Virus record (IMG/VR): IMGVR_UViG_3300048924_000605 | Coordinates: 1 to 64,000 of that record | Strand: one strand, 5' to 3' | Length of the DNA stretch: 64,000 bases | From: a virus | Part shown: piece by piece, positions 19,675 to 28,987 of the stretch | How positions within the stretch are numbered: the first letter of the stretch is position 1 | Layout of the letters: the number at the start of each line of letters is the position of its first letter | Notes under the pieces: model-generated | Database searches by the model: none | Seen by the model: only the letters and a program-made list of their open reading frames with translations | Told to the model about the DNA's origin: nothing | Position numbers and translations under genes: made by a program

Positions 19675-21888
19675 TCATTCCATCAGTAGATAGTCGCCGG
19701 CCTCGGTCACCAATTCGTCGCTGGCCTCCGACCGCAGCAGGCCGTTCTTGAAGTCGAAGGTGTGTGCGGCCTTCTGCCAGCTCGCCAGTCCGTCGCGTGT
19801 CGAGCCGATCTCGGCCCGCACGCGATAGACGCCCTTGAGCGCAGCGGTGTAGCTGGTGCCGGTGATCGGCGCCGGGCTGTCGAGAACCGTGCCGGCGATG
19901 GCGTCCAGCAAGCGCAGCACGTAGGCGGTGCCGGCCTCCGGGCCGATCGATCCCTGCCCGTGGTCGACCAGCTGGTCGCCCTGCAGGCGCCGGTCGCGGT
20001 GCGCCCAGCCCACCACCAGGTCGCCATCGACGGCATCCGGATAGCGGGCGCCGACCAATTTCAAATCGCCCGGCGGATACGGCCGCGCTTGGCGCTGCGC
20101 CAGCTTGACGCTGTCCACCGGCGCCGACGCCGGGTCCAGCTGCGCGCTCGACGTGCGGGTCAGCAGCTTTGCCTCGACCGTCTCGCCGACGCTGTAGTCC
20201 GTGGGATCGGCCGCAGCGAAATCGTCGTAGAACCAGATCCGAGTGCCCTCGGCATGCGGCACTGGCACGGTGTCGGCGCAGCCACGCGCCAGCGTTGCGT
20301 TCTGCGCCTGTGGATCGATCGCCACCACGCGGACCAGCTCGTCCTCGATCCAAGCGGCAGTACCGATCACGACTTGATCCAGCGCGCGCCCGGCCGCCAG
20401 TTGGACGGCCGTCGTCGTCGCCGACAACGCGCCGGCTAAGACTGCGGTCGGGCACCAATCGCCGGTAGCGGCCTCGCCGTAGGCGCCGCTCCCGACCCGG
20501 GTGGTCAGGATGTAGTTCAGCGCCAGGCCGCCGGGCTGTTCGCCGACCGCCAGGACCAGACCCGCGTCTGCCGGCAGCGCCGCCAGCGCGGCGGGGTCGA
20601 GCGTGGTGGCCAGATCGCGATAACCTGCCTCGAACAACCGGCGCGTCGGCGCCGGCTGCGGGCTTCGGTCCGGGGGCACCCACACCGGTGGCTGCGGTTG
20701 CAGATAGCTCGTCGCCGGCAAGCCGAACACGTCTTGGACCGCCGATACGAGGATGGCGCCCTCAGCCAGGCGGCCGTCATCGAACGTGCCGGCACGCAGC
20801 ACCAGGGTACCGATCTCGCGGAACGGGTCGCGGATGCAGAACACGCTGCCGGGCGCGAGGACGCCGCCGCGGCGATCGAGCCGGACCTTGAACCGCTTCA
20901 AGGCCGAGCAGGCAATCGACAGGTCGCGCGTGCCGACCCGCGCCGCGAGCTCGGCGGTCGGCAGGCCGCGATACTCGGTGGTGGTCGAGGCCACGCCACC
21001 GGTCGCTTGGATGCCGGCCAAATCCTGCACCCGGATCTGCCGTTCTTCATCCTTGATCGGGTCGTACCAGGTCACGATGACCTGATTGACGGCTCCGTCC
21101 TGCGCGCCGCCCTCGTCCTCCTCGATCGCCAGCAGGCCGGACTCGTAGTCGAACACCGGCAGGTCTTCGATCCGGTAGTCGTCGCGCAGCAAGCGCAGCG
21201 TCGAGCAGCCGGTGCTGCGGTCCGTGTACTGCGCGGCGCCGATGTGGTCGATCACGACCTGCATGAAATCGCTGATCGAGGTCTGACGCGCCCAGCGCAG
21301 GCATAGCCCGAAGCCCTCTGCGTGTAGCGTATCGGCGGCGCGTCGGTAGCTGGCCTCGTCCAGCAGGCCACGGTCCAGGCCGCGACCCCAATCTCGATTC
21401 GTCAGGCACTCAACCAAGATATGCGCCGGGTTCATCGCCCGGATGGCGCCGTTGGCGAGCCAGATCACCGCCTTCTCGGGATACCACGGCGCGCCGTCCC
21501 ACCCGGCCAGCGCGCGTCGCGCGCGTTCCTTCCACGGCTTGGGATACGGGTTGTTCGCCGCGATCTGGCCGTCGAAGTACTGGGTGGCGCTGCCGCGGAA
21601 GGCAGGCGTGGGCGTGCCGTGCAGCGCGGCCAATGCAGGCAGCACCGCTTGGTCAGCGTCGCCCATCAGCACGTCGAGCGTGCCCTTGATGCCGCCCTCG
21701 CCCTTGTCGCCACCGAACAGGTCGGGCTTGTTGATCAGGATGCGACCGCTCTTGGTGATCGAGCCTTTCCAGGCTTCGCGATCCCCGACCCGGATCTCGA
21801 CAATCTCGTCCACTGGTCCTCGTGCGAGGCCCATGTGCAATCCGAACAGGTAGCGGTGGCCGACCGTTTGCTTCTTGCGACTACCCAC
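19675..21888 (-). CDS. phage tail tip/central hub protein
   Basis: KKQTVGHRY..MGLARGPVDEI, NPAHIL, EGFGLCLRW; GTG start at 21888. Confidence 0.85.
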   Translation of the reverse strand: MGSRKKQTVGHRYLFGLHMGLARGPVDEIVEIRVGDREAWKGSITKSGRILINKPDLFGGDKGEGGIKGTLDVLMGDADQAVLPALAALHGTPTPAFRGSATQYFDGQIAANNPYPKPWKERARRALAGWDGAPWYPEKAVIWLANGAIRAMNPAHILVECLTNRDWGRGLDRGLLDEASYRRAADTLHAEGFGLCLRWARQTSISDFMQVVIDHIGAAQYTDRSTGCSTLRLLRDDYRIEDLPVFDYESGLLAIEEDEGGAQDGAVNQVIVTWYDPIKDEERQIRVQDLAGIQATGGVASTTTEYRGLPTAELAARVGTRDLSIACSALKRFKVRLDRRGGVLAPGSVFCIRDPFREIGTLVLRAGTFDDGRLAEGAILVSAVQDVFGLPATSYLQPQPPVWVPPDRSPQPAPTRRLFEAGYRDLATTLDPAALAALPADAGLVLAVGEQPGGLALNYILTTRVGSGAYGEAATGDWCPTAVLAGALSATTTAVQLAAGRALDQVVIGTAAWIEDELVRVVAIDPQAQNATLARGCADTVPVPHAEGTRIWFYDDFAAADPTDYSVGETVEAKLLTRTSSAQLDPASAPVDSVKLAQRQARPYPPGDLKLVGARYPDAVDGDLVVGWAHRDRRLQGDQLVDHGQGSIGPEAGTAYVLRLLDAIAGTVLDSPAPITGTSYTAALKGVYRVRAEIGSTRDGLASWQKAAHTFDFKNGLLRSEASDELVTEAGDYLLME

Positions 21889-22096
21889 GCGCCGCCTCCG
21901 CACGCACGAACGCGACCAGGTGCAAGCCCAACGCGTCGCCGGTCGCTTCCAGCGTTTCGGCGTCGATGCCGTCGCGCACGAACGCGCTCCAGTCCAGGCC
22001 GTAGTAGGCGAACCATTCGCGTCCGCCCTGCGCGCAGAACCCCGGCCGCGCACCGAAGCCCGGCGCGCGGCGAAGATGATCCAGGGTCACGATCAC
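21881..22096 (-). CDS. small tail assembly protein
   Basis: GFCAQGGREWF..GLDWSAFVRDGI..ATGDAL; translationally coupled to its neighbours. Confidence 0.75.
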   Translation of the reverse strand: MIVTLDHLRRAPGFGARPGFCAQGGREWFAYYGLDWSAFVRDGIDAETLEATGDALGLHLVAFVRAEAARG

Positions 22097-22329
22097 TTCT
22101 TGCCGCCCTTTTGCTTGATCGCTTGCGTGCGGTACTGGCCGACCCCGAGCACCATCCAATCCGAGATCCACACGTCGCCGAAGATCACCGCCTGCGGCGT
22201 GCCCTCCGTGCTTTGCGGAAACTGGAAGTCGCCGAACGCGGCCGGCTTCGGCTGTGGCGGTTTCGGCCGTGCGGCCGCCGAAACGAAATAGCTGACCAGC
22301 CAGATCGCCAGTTGGACCCATACGTTCAA
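22093..22329 (-). CDS. small tail assembly protein
   Basis: PQSTEGTPQAVIFGDVW motif typical of the gene that follows BR0599. Confidence 0.75.
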   Translation of the reverse strand: MNVWVQLAIWLVSYFVSAAARPKPPQPKPAAFGDFQFPQSTEGTPQAVIFGDVWISDWMVLGVGQYRTQAIKQKGGKK

Positions 22330-22390
22330 ACTCGTTTCGCCTCACGCCTCGTTAACAAAAAAAGCAAGACTTCGAATACACGAAACGCAA

Positions 22391-22417
22391 TGAATCCGTC
22401 TCGCGATTCACCTCGTA
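22391..22417 (+). promoter_or_regulatory. putative ECF-sigma promoter of the fasciclin moron
   Basis: TGAATCC-N16-CGTA about 60 nt upstream of the ATG. Confidence 0.45.
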
Positions 22418-22477
22418 AGGATGAGCGCAACACCCTCAGCGCTCTTGCGCTACGTACTGTCGTCCTGGAGGATTTCT

Positions 22478-23035
22478 ATGAACCGCATGAACTTGATTCT
22501 TGCTTCTGCTTTGGCGCTTTGTTCCGTTACATCGACTGCGGCACTCGCCGCCGGTGGCAACCCGATGGTTGGCGGTGCGCCGATGCTCGTCACCAAGGAC
22601 ATCGTGGACAACGCCGTCAACTCGAAGGACCACACCACGCTCGTCGCCGCCGTCAAAGCAGCGGGGCTCGTAGATACGCTGAAGGGCCCCGGACCCTTTA
22701 CGGTGTTCGCGCCAACGAATGCCGCCTTCGCGAAACTTCCCGCGGGCACCGTGGAAACGCTGGTGAAGCCCGAGAACAAGGCTCAGCTCACCCAGATCCT
22801 CACCTATCACGTCGTTCCGGGTCGCCTGGACGGCAAGGCACTGGCCAAGCAGATCAAGGCGGAGGGCGGCCGCGCACAGCTCAAGACGGTGCAGGGCGAG
22901 GTGCTGTCCGCAAGACAGTCGGGCGGCAAGATCACCGTAACCGATGCCAAGGGCAATGTGGCCCATGTGACGATTGCCGATGTCTATCAGAGCAATGGCG
23001 TCATCCACGTCATCGACACGGTGCTCATGCCGTAA
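22478..23035 (+). CDS. secreted fasciclin (FAS1) domain protein, moron
   Basis: Signal peptide; [30 protein letters not shown]; GGAGG RBS; opposite strand to the tail operon. Confidence 0.95.
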   Translation: MNRMNLILASALALCSVTSTAALAAGGNPMVGGAPMLVTKDIVDNAVNSKDHTTLVAAVKAAGLVDTLKGPGPFTVFAPTNAAFAKLPAGTVETLVKPENKAQLTQILTYHVVPGRLDGKALAKQIKAEGGRAQLKTVQGEVLSARQSGGKITVTDAKGNVAHVTIADVYQSNGVIHVIDTVLMP

Positions 23036-23085
23036 GTCTGTCTGCGCGCGCCGTGCTGCACGGCGCGCGCTTGTTATCCCATTCG

Positions 23086-23901
23086 TTAGAAGATCGGAGA
23101 TCCGTCGAACGGCGATTTCCCAGGCAATCCCGGCGCGCCGCCGTAGTTCGGTGCGTTGGCGAACTTGCTGTGACAGACCGCGATGGTTCGGGCGCAGCCG
23201 GGATAAGCGACAACGGCTTGGCCGACGCGCAAGCCATCGCCAGCACCGAGCAAGATCAACCGCTCGCCCTGGTGAAATCGAATGCCGCGCCGCTCGACGC
23301 CGGCTTCACCCAGATCCCAGGCGATGAATCCACCAGCGAACCAGCCGTCCGGCAGCAGGCCGAATGCGCCCGCGGTGATCAGGTTGCCAGTGACGGTTGC
23401 CAGCGACGCCGGTACTCGGTGCGCCTCGGGGTTCACCCGGCAGTTGCGGTCGTAGAGCGTGTGCGGGCAACCCCGCGTCCACGCCAAACGCAGGCCGGGT
23501 TGGCCGAGCGCGGCGTCCAGCGATTGGCACCGGACCTCGCTGGTTTCCAGCTTGGGTCGATTGACGCCCGTGATACGCCCCACCCACGACACGCGGGCCT
23601 CGACATCGCCTTCGTGGATGTCGCGAACGAACACGGCGACCTCCGTCGATGGCGGCAAGCCACGATAGAGCCGGGCCACGTCGAAGTCGCCCGGCGCGGT
23701 GATCGTCAGCACGTCGCTGGCAACGTGGCCGGACTGGCGGATGCCATCGTCGCTGATCGCGATCGCGCGGTAGGTCTGCGTGTCGAGCTGGAAGTCGCGA
23801 TCGCCGCCGGTGTACCGCCAGCGCTGACCGCCGCGGACGAACTCGTACAGCCGCCGGGGATTGCCCGCGGCGACCGAGCGCTCGTATTGGTCGAAACTCA
23901 T
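23086..23901 (-). CDS. phage BR0599/DUF2163 family tail protein
   Basis: GCPHTLYDRNC, YPGCARTIAVCHSKFAN..NYGG..P. Confidence 0.88.
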   Translation of the reverse strand: MSFDQYERSVAAGNPRRLYEFVRGGQRWRYTGGDRDFQLDTQTYRAIAISDDGIRQSGHVASDVLTITAPGDFDVARLYRGLPPSTEVAVFVRDIHEGDVEARVSWVGRITGVNRPKLETSEVRCQSLDAALGQPGLRLAWTRGCPHTLYDRNCRVNPEAHRVPASLATVTGNLITAGAFGLLPDGWFAGGFIAWDLGEAGVERRGIRFHQGERLILLGAGDGLRVGQAVVAYPGCARTIAVCHSKFANAPNYGGAPGLPGKSPFDGSPIF

Positions 23902-25601
23902 GCCGGAGGGGGGCCGTCGTCTTGATCAGGGTCGCGCACGGCACGCAACACGACAGCCGCATCGGCGGCTCCGTCGCTGTCGGTGTGGTGCTCGATTTCG
24001 GTTTCGTCACTGTCGGCGCGCGACAGCGCCATGAAGCTGATCCGCTTGACGTCGCGCGGCCGAATCTCTGCGCCCAGCGCCGCGTTGAACGTGATCCGGT
24101 CCACGGCCTCGTCAAGGCTGACCGCGGCGGTGATGCGGCGATGGAAGGCGCGGCCGTCGCTCAACTCGATGCGTAGGTCGCGGCGGCCGGGCCGCAGCCC
24201 GCCGAACCGGGCCAAGCCTACGTTGGCCACGTCCGCCGCCGTCGCGGTGCCGGCGACGGTGGCCAGCAAGGCCAGGTCGTCGGCGTGGGTCGGCCGCCAC
24301 ACGGCGCGTTGGCGGCCGCGCAGGGCGTAGAGCCAGGACCGGACCCGCGCGCGCTCGGCCCGTCCGTGCATGCGCCAGCGGTGCGATTGGGTCACGGCCG
24401 CCCAATCGGCCGGGTCCAGCACGAATGGGGCGCCGAACTCGTTGTCCAGGGACAGCAAGGCGCGCTGCCAGCCCGCCGACAGCGATTCCGACTCGTCCGG
24501 ACGATCGGCCAGGACGGGATGTCCGCGGTAGACCGGCGCATCGATCAGCACCGGCCAGTCGCAGGGCTCGACCAAGTCGAAACGCACCGCGATCGATGCC
24601 GCCTGATCGGTCAGGCGCGTGACCTTCGGCGCCTCGGCGAGGCGGGCGGTCCGGACAGGGTACAAGCGAGCGCCGCGCGACCATGCCCGCGTCGTTGGGT
24701 GCCGCAGCACAATGCGGTCGGTGCCGATGGACTCGATCTCGGCGACCTCGGTCTCGAACGCGGTGGCGCCGCGTAGCAGCACCAGGCCGCCCGGTCGGAA
24801 ATCCCGATAGTTCGGATCGCAGCTCAGAACGCGAACCCCGAGTGCATGCTCGGCGCCCAGCCATTGCCCGTCCGGCCATACCGGCAGCGCCCAGGTCCGC
24901 CCGCCCCAGCCGAATACGGCCAGATCCAGCAGCACCCGCTCGCGGCCGTCCACGATCAGCGTCGCTTCGAACGACCGCCTCGGCGTCGAGCGCAAGCCAC
25001 GCCGCTGCTCGACCTGCAACGGGCTGGTCAGTATGTCGGTCCGCCAAGCCAGCCGCTCCAGCACACCGCGCGACCAATCCGGCACGAAGGCGAAAGCGAC
25101 GATGCGCTGGCCGGTGATGACGACCGGCAGTTCGGGGAAGCCGTCGAACCGGAACGCCAGGGTGGCGCCGATCACCGGCGGGCCATCGGTTCCCACGGCG
25201 ACCTGCCACGTCCGCTCCGACAGCGGTGCGAACGGCAGCGGCGGCACGCCGGGAGCGGTCAGGACGATGCCCTCGCCGCCCGACAGCGTCGCCTCGGTCA
25301 ACGTCAGCGCCCGGCTGCGGAACGCATTCCACACGCGCACCGCGCGTCGCTGCACGCTGCTGACGTTGCCCAGGTTCAGCGTCCGCGGCTCGGCATGGAT
25401 GCGGTCGAAGAAATCGTCGCCGAACAGCGGTTGGAGGGCGCCGCGGCGCTGATCGCCGACATACTCCGGCGCCGCGACCGTGCGCTGGCCGTAGTCCGGC
25501 TCCGATCCAAGCGCACCGCTCGCGCGGCCGTCCCAGAACGGGGAAGATCGGAAATAGTCGCCTTGACCGCTGAAGGTCAGCGGCCACAGGCCATGCCACA
25601 T
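23898..25601 (-). CDS. phage tail structural protein
   Basis: LGNVSS..VWNAF, PDWSRGVLERLAWRTD..EQRR..PRRSF; start uncertain. Confidence 0.8.
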   Translation of the reverse strand: MWHGLWPLTFSGQGDYFRSSPFWDGRASGALGSEPDYGQRTVAAPEYVGDQRRGALQPLFGDDFFDRIHAEPRTLNLGNVSSVQRRAVRVWNAFRSRALTLTEATLSGGEGIVLTAPGVPPLPFAPLSERTWQVAVGTDGPPVIGATLAFRFDGFPELPVVITGQRIVAFAFVPDWSRGVLERLAWRTDILTSPLQVEQRRGLRSTPRRSFEATLIVDGRERVLLDLAVFGWGGRTWALPVWPDGQWLGAEHALGVRVLSCDPNYRDFRPGGLVLLRGATAFETEVAEIESIGTDRIVLRHPTTRAWSRGARLYPVRTARLAEAPKVTRLTDQAASIAVRFDLVEPCDWPVLIDAPVYRGHPVLADRPDESESLSAGWQRALLSLDNEFGAPFVLDPADWAAVTQSHRWRMHGRAERARVRSWLYALRGRQRAVWRPTHADDLALLATVAGTATAADVANVGLARFGGLRPGRRDLRIELSDGRAFHRRITAAVSLDEAVDRITFNAALGAEIRPRDVKRISFMALSRADSDETEIEHHTDSDGAADAAVVLRAVRDPDQDDGPPPA

Positions 25602-25615
25602 GCAATGTCCGCTCG

Positions 25616-26551
25616 TTACTCGGTAATGCGATAGGCATAACCGTAGACGCCGCTGTTGGGCGTGCCCACGGGGCCGTTCTTGCGATGAACGGGGAACACT
25701 TTCCACCGATCGCTACCCAGCACCAGTTCCTCGCCGGGGGCGTAGCTGTCCAGGCGGATGAAGCGCAGGTCGGGCGGGTGGCCGATGTCGGTGTTCAGAT
25801 CGCCACCGCGCGGAACCGCGCACCACAGCGGCTGGCCGGGCGCGCGGCCGGTCAAGGCGCTGTGCCCGACCTCTTTCAGCAGATTGATCGGCGCGCCTCG
25901 GCGACGCCAGCCACAGTACAGCGCGCGCGTATCGCCGCCGGCGTCCGAGACCCCATGCCAGCGCGGCGCGACGCCATCGAAATCGGCACGCACGCGCGTC
26001 GTCGCCGACATGTAGTTCGCCCAATAATCATCGAATGCCACGGCATGACGAACATCGTCCGGACTGTTGATGTAGTTGGGATCGTAGTACCACTGGCTGC
26101 CATAGACGTACTGGCCCGTGTTCACCGCGCCTGCGGTCACCAGCTTTCCCGTGCCGAAGTGCTTGAACGTGCCGGCCTGAGTTTCCAGCACGATGTGCAG
26201 GTACGGCTGCGGCACCGTTCGACTGAAGAAGTGAACCGCGCTGTACGGTCCTTGGACGTAGTTCGCCCAGACCTGCGCGCTGGCGTCGGCCTGGAGATCG
26301 GGGTTGGCGTTCGCCGCGTAGCCCGTGTGCCCGAACGCGCCCACGAACGGCGGCGGCCGAGAACTATCGCCACCGCTCAGTTCGGTCAGAAACGTCGCAT
26401 ACAGAGAACCCGCATGCACGCTCAGCGCTTTGCCGACCCGAACGGTTCGGTCGCGCCAGCCGTCCACCGCCCAGCCGTTGCCTTGGGCGAACACTCGCAG
26501 CTTTTCGAGTAGTTCGTTGGGGTCGTTCGCCGCGGACGTCGCGTAGGCCAT
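25616..26551 (-). CDS. virion structural (tail) protein
   Basis: MAYATSAANDPNELL..NGW; C-terminal WKVFP..SGVYGYAY. Confidence 0.75.
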   Translation of the reverse strand: MAYATSAANDPNELLEKLRVFAQGNGWAVDGWRDRTVRVGKALSVHAGSLYATFLTELSGGDSSRPPPFVGAFGHTGYAANANPDLQADASAQVWANYVQGPYSAVHFFSRTVPQPYLHIVLETQAGTFKHFGTGKLVTAGAVNTGQYVYGSQWYYDPNYINSPDDVRHAVAFDDYWANYMSATTRVRADFDGVAPRWHGVSDAGGDTRALYCGWRRRGAPINLLKEVGHSALTGRAPGQPLWCAVPRGGDLNTDIGHPPDLRFIRLDSYAPGEELVLGSDRWKVFPVHRKNGPVGTPNSGVYGYAYRITE

Positions 26552-28128
26552 CAGTCGAGCTTCAAAGCGAAGTAGTTGTCGGGGGAGATGCGGAAGGCGT
26601 TCTGGAATGTCATCCAGACCGCACCGTCGTGGTCGATCAGGGACTCGGAGGCGGTACTGAAGCCCGTCGTCCATCCACAACCATCGAACTCGCCCAGCGT
26701 GTGCCGCGGCGACGTGTTGCCCAGGATGAGTGGCAGCACCGGCGAGGTGCCGTCCAGGTTCTCGCGGAGATTGGCCCGATCGCCCCAGGTCGACATCGCG
26801 CTCGGATACACCTTGCCGGACGTCTCGGTGTCGCCGTTATCGCTTGATCCGGACGCGAATCGATTGGCATGCACCCGCCAGACGTTATCTGGATAGTTCA
26901 CAGCTAGCCCGTAGCGCCCAGGATCGAAGAAGCAGCGGAAGTTGGCGTCGGTCGCGTCCGGTGTCAGTGTTTCCGACGACCCGCATGCGCCGATCGCGAG
27001 CGGGTACTCGTGGATCGACGGCGGCTCGTAGGCGTTGATGAAGCCCAGGTAAGCGCTCAGGTACACCGTGCCCACGCGCGCCACGATCACCACGCGCTGG
27101 CCATTGATCGCCAGCCAGTAGGCGAAGGGACCGTTGCGCAGCGGCAGTCCGCGCGCACCGCTCGCGTTCGTCTGCGTCCGTACGCTACGCAGCGGGTTGT
27201 ACGACCGGAACCCATACCAATTCAGGTTGTAGGCCGCGCGCGCGGCGTCCTCGTACAACTCGGCGCCGACGAAGATTGCTTTCCGCCCATCCAGGCCCGG
27301 CGCCTGCACGATCCACTGCGCCCGGTCTTCGAGCTCGAAGTCGGCGTTGAGATCGGTGTGGATACTGACATCGTTCACGTCGAGCGGATCGGCGCCGGCC
27401 GTGGCGGTGATCAGCACGCGCCAGAAGCGTCCGGCGGCAGGCGCGCCACTGATCGGGTAGGTGCGGCGCATGCGCGCGGTCGGCCAGACCTGGCCGGCCC
27501 ACGCCTGCACCCGCGTCCAGACCGAACCGTCGTCCGAGCGTTGCAGTTCGAAGGCGGCCGGCCCGCGCGCGCCGCTATCGCCGATGCCGAGCGTGATCGC
27601 CTTGATCGAAGTGGGGCCGATCATCTCGACGCTGGCGTGCGCCGGCAGATCGGCGACCGGCCGGCTGCTCCAGGTGTCCGTGCGGTTGTCGAAGACCGAA
27701 GCCGGATTGGTCAGGTTCGTTGTGCGGAAGCCTGCATTGCGGCAGCCGTAGCGGCGAACCAGCGTCCAGGCCGGCGAGGTGTTGAGGGCGAAGCGGTCGC
27801 CGGCCACGAACGGAATCGATCCGGAATTGATGCGAAACCGCACCCGATCGGACTCGAAGGGCTGCCCCACCCGGGCGATGCCCAGATCGCCCGCAAGCGC
27901 GCCGACCACCTGGAACCGATCCGCATCGAGCGCCGTAAGGGTGAAGCCCTCGGCGACGCTGGCACCGCCGCCGCGGTACCCGCCAGCAGCGCCGTCCGGT
28001 CCGGTCAGCGTGCCGTTGCCCGCACCCGCATACAGCAAGCCCCAGGCGTGGCCCTCGGTACAGAGCGCGGATTCCAGGCGGTTGAGGAAATCGTAGTAGT
28101 CGGATGCGACGTCGGCTCGTACGGTCAT
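26551..28128 (-). CDS. virion structural (tail) protein with an internal discoidin/F5-8-like domain
   Basis: GPAAFELQRSDDGSVWT..RFWRVLIT insert; position downstream of the tape measure gene. Confidence 0.7.
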   Translation of the reverse strand: MTVRADVASDYYDFLNRLESALCTEGHAWGLLYAGAGNGTLTGPDGAAGGYRGGGASVAEGFTLTALDADRFQVVGALAGDLGIARVGQPFESDRVRFRINSGSIPFVAGDRFALNTSPAWTLVRRYGCRNAGFRTTNLTNPASVFDNRTDTWSSRPVADLPAHASVEMIGPTSIKAITLGIGDSGARGPAAFELQRSDDGSVWTRVQAWAGQVWPTARMRRTYPISGAPAAGRFWRVLITATAGADPLDVNDVSIHTDLNADFELEDRAQWIVQAPGLDGRKAIFVGAELYEDAARAAYNLNWYGFRSYNPLRSVRTQTNASGARGLPLRNGPFAYWLAINGQRVVIVARVGTVYLSAYLGFINAYEPPSIHEYPLAIGACGSSETLTPDATDANFRCFFDPGRYGLAVNYPDNVWRVHANRFASGSSDNGDTETSGKVYPSAMSTWGDRANLRENLDGTSPVLPLILGNTSPRHTLGEFDGCGWTTGFSTASESLIDHDGAVWMTFQNAFRISPDNYFALKLD

Positions 28129-28189
28129 AACGAATAAAAGCAAGAACCCCCGGCTTGGCCGGGCGTCCGAGAGATTAATGACTTGGACT

Positions 28190-28855
28190 CTACGCGGATG
28201 TTTCGTCGCGCTTCGCTGCTGCTCGTGTGGCACGTTTGGCGGATGTAATCGCCACCACCGGATCAGAACTTGCCGGCGGATATCGCTCGTCGAACTTCTC
28301 TGTGAGCCAGTGAGCATGTCTCAAGCTATCGGACAACCACAACGATGCGGGCGTAGCAAACCACATAACGATCTGAAATAGGACAATGGCCACCTGCATA
28401 TCTTGGGAGAAGTGAATCCAGCGATGACCGATTAGCGCGATCCAGGGGGCGAACAGCAGTACGAAAGAACCAATCCCCAGGATATTCGCCCGCGCCTCAA
28501 ACGAAAGTGGACCCGATGCATCCCAAGGAACGATCCGACCCTCACGGTAGCGAACGTAGCGACGTGCTCGTTTGAAACTATTGATGAAGGCCAACGGGTC
28601 GTCCCGCTCTCGTGCGATCTTCAAAACCCGCGGGTGAAGAATGAAGCCGAAGGCGGTCGCGGAAGACATCTGGTCGCCGAGAGCCTCCTTCTCGACCTTC
28701 TTATACAGCCTGGCCGTTGCTTGAAGATTTAGTCGCATTCGTCCCGAACGGTAGCGAAGCCAAGCAAAGATCGCCGCTACTGGCGCGATGATGATGAGTG
28801 CGACGGGCAGGAGTTCCGGAACTTTCTGGATCAGCGATGTCAGCAGCGGATTCAT
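28190..28855 (-). CDS. hypothetical membrane protein, moron
   Basis: Three hydrophobic segments, lower GC, inserted after the tape measure gene. Confidence 0.6.
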   Translation of the reverse strand: MNPLLTSLIQKVPELLPVALIIIAPVAAIFAWLRYRSGRMRLNLQATARLYKKVEKEALGDQMSSATAFGFILHPRVLKIARERDDPLAFINSFKRARRYVRYREGRIVPWDASGPLSFEARANILGIGSFVLLFAPWIALIGHRWIHFSQDMQVAIVLFQIVMWFATPASLWLSDSLRHAHWLTEKFDERYPPASSDPVVAITSAKRATRAAAKRDETSA

Positions 28856-28987
28856 AAATTGGGCCCGAAGGAGTGAGGCGCCCATCCCAGCAAAGTTCCA
28901 TCTCACGGGCTGAGACACCGGCGGCTCCCAAGCAGCTGGTGCTTTTTCTGGACGCCAACATAAAAGCGCGCCGGTTTACGGCGTTCG

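Noticed and set aside
21421-23925. 834-aa plus-strand ORF and similar long ORFs (29330-30670, 43254-44633, 60222-62255)
   Set aside because: Arg/Pro/Ala-rich shadow frames of high-GC genes with no recognisable motifs.
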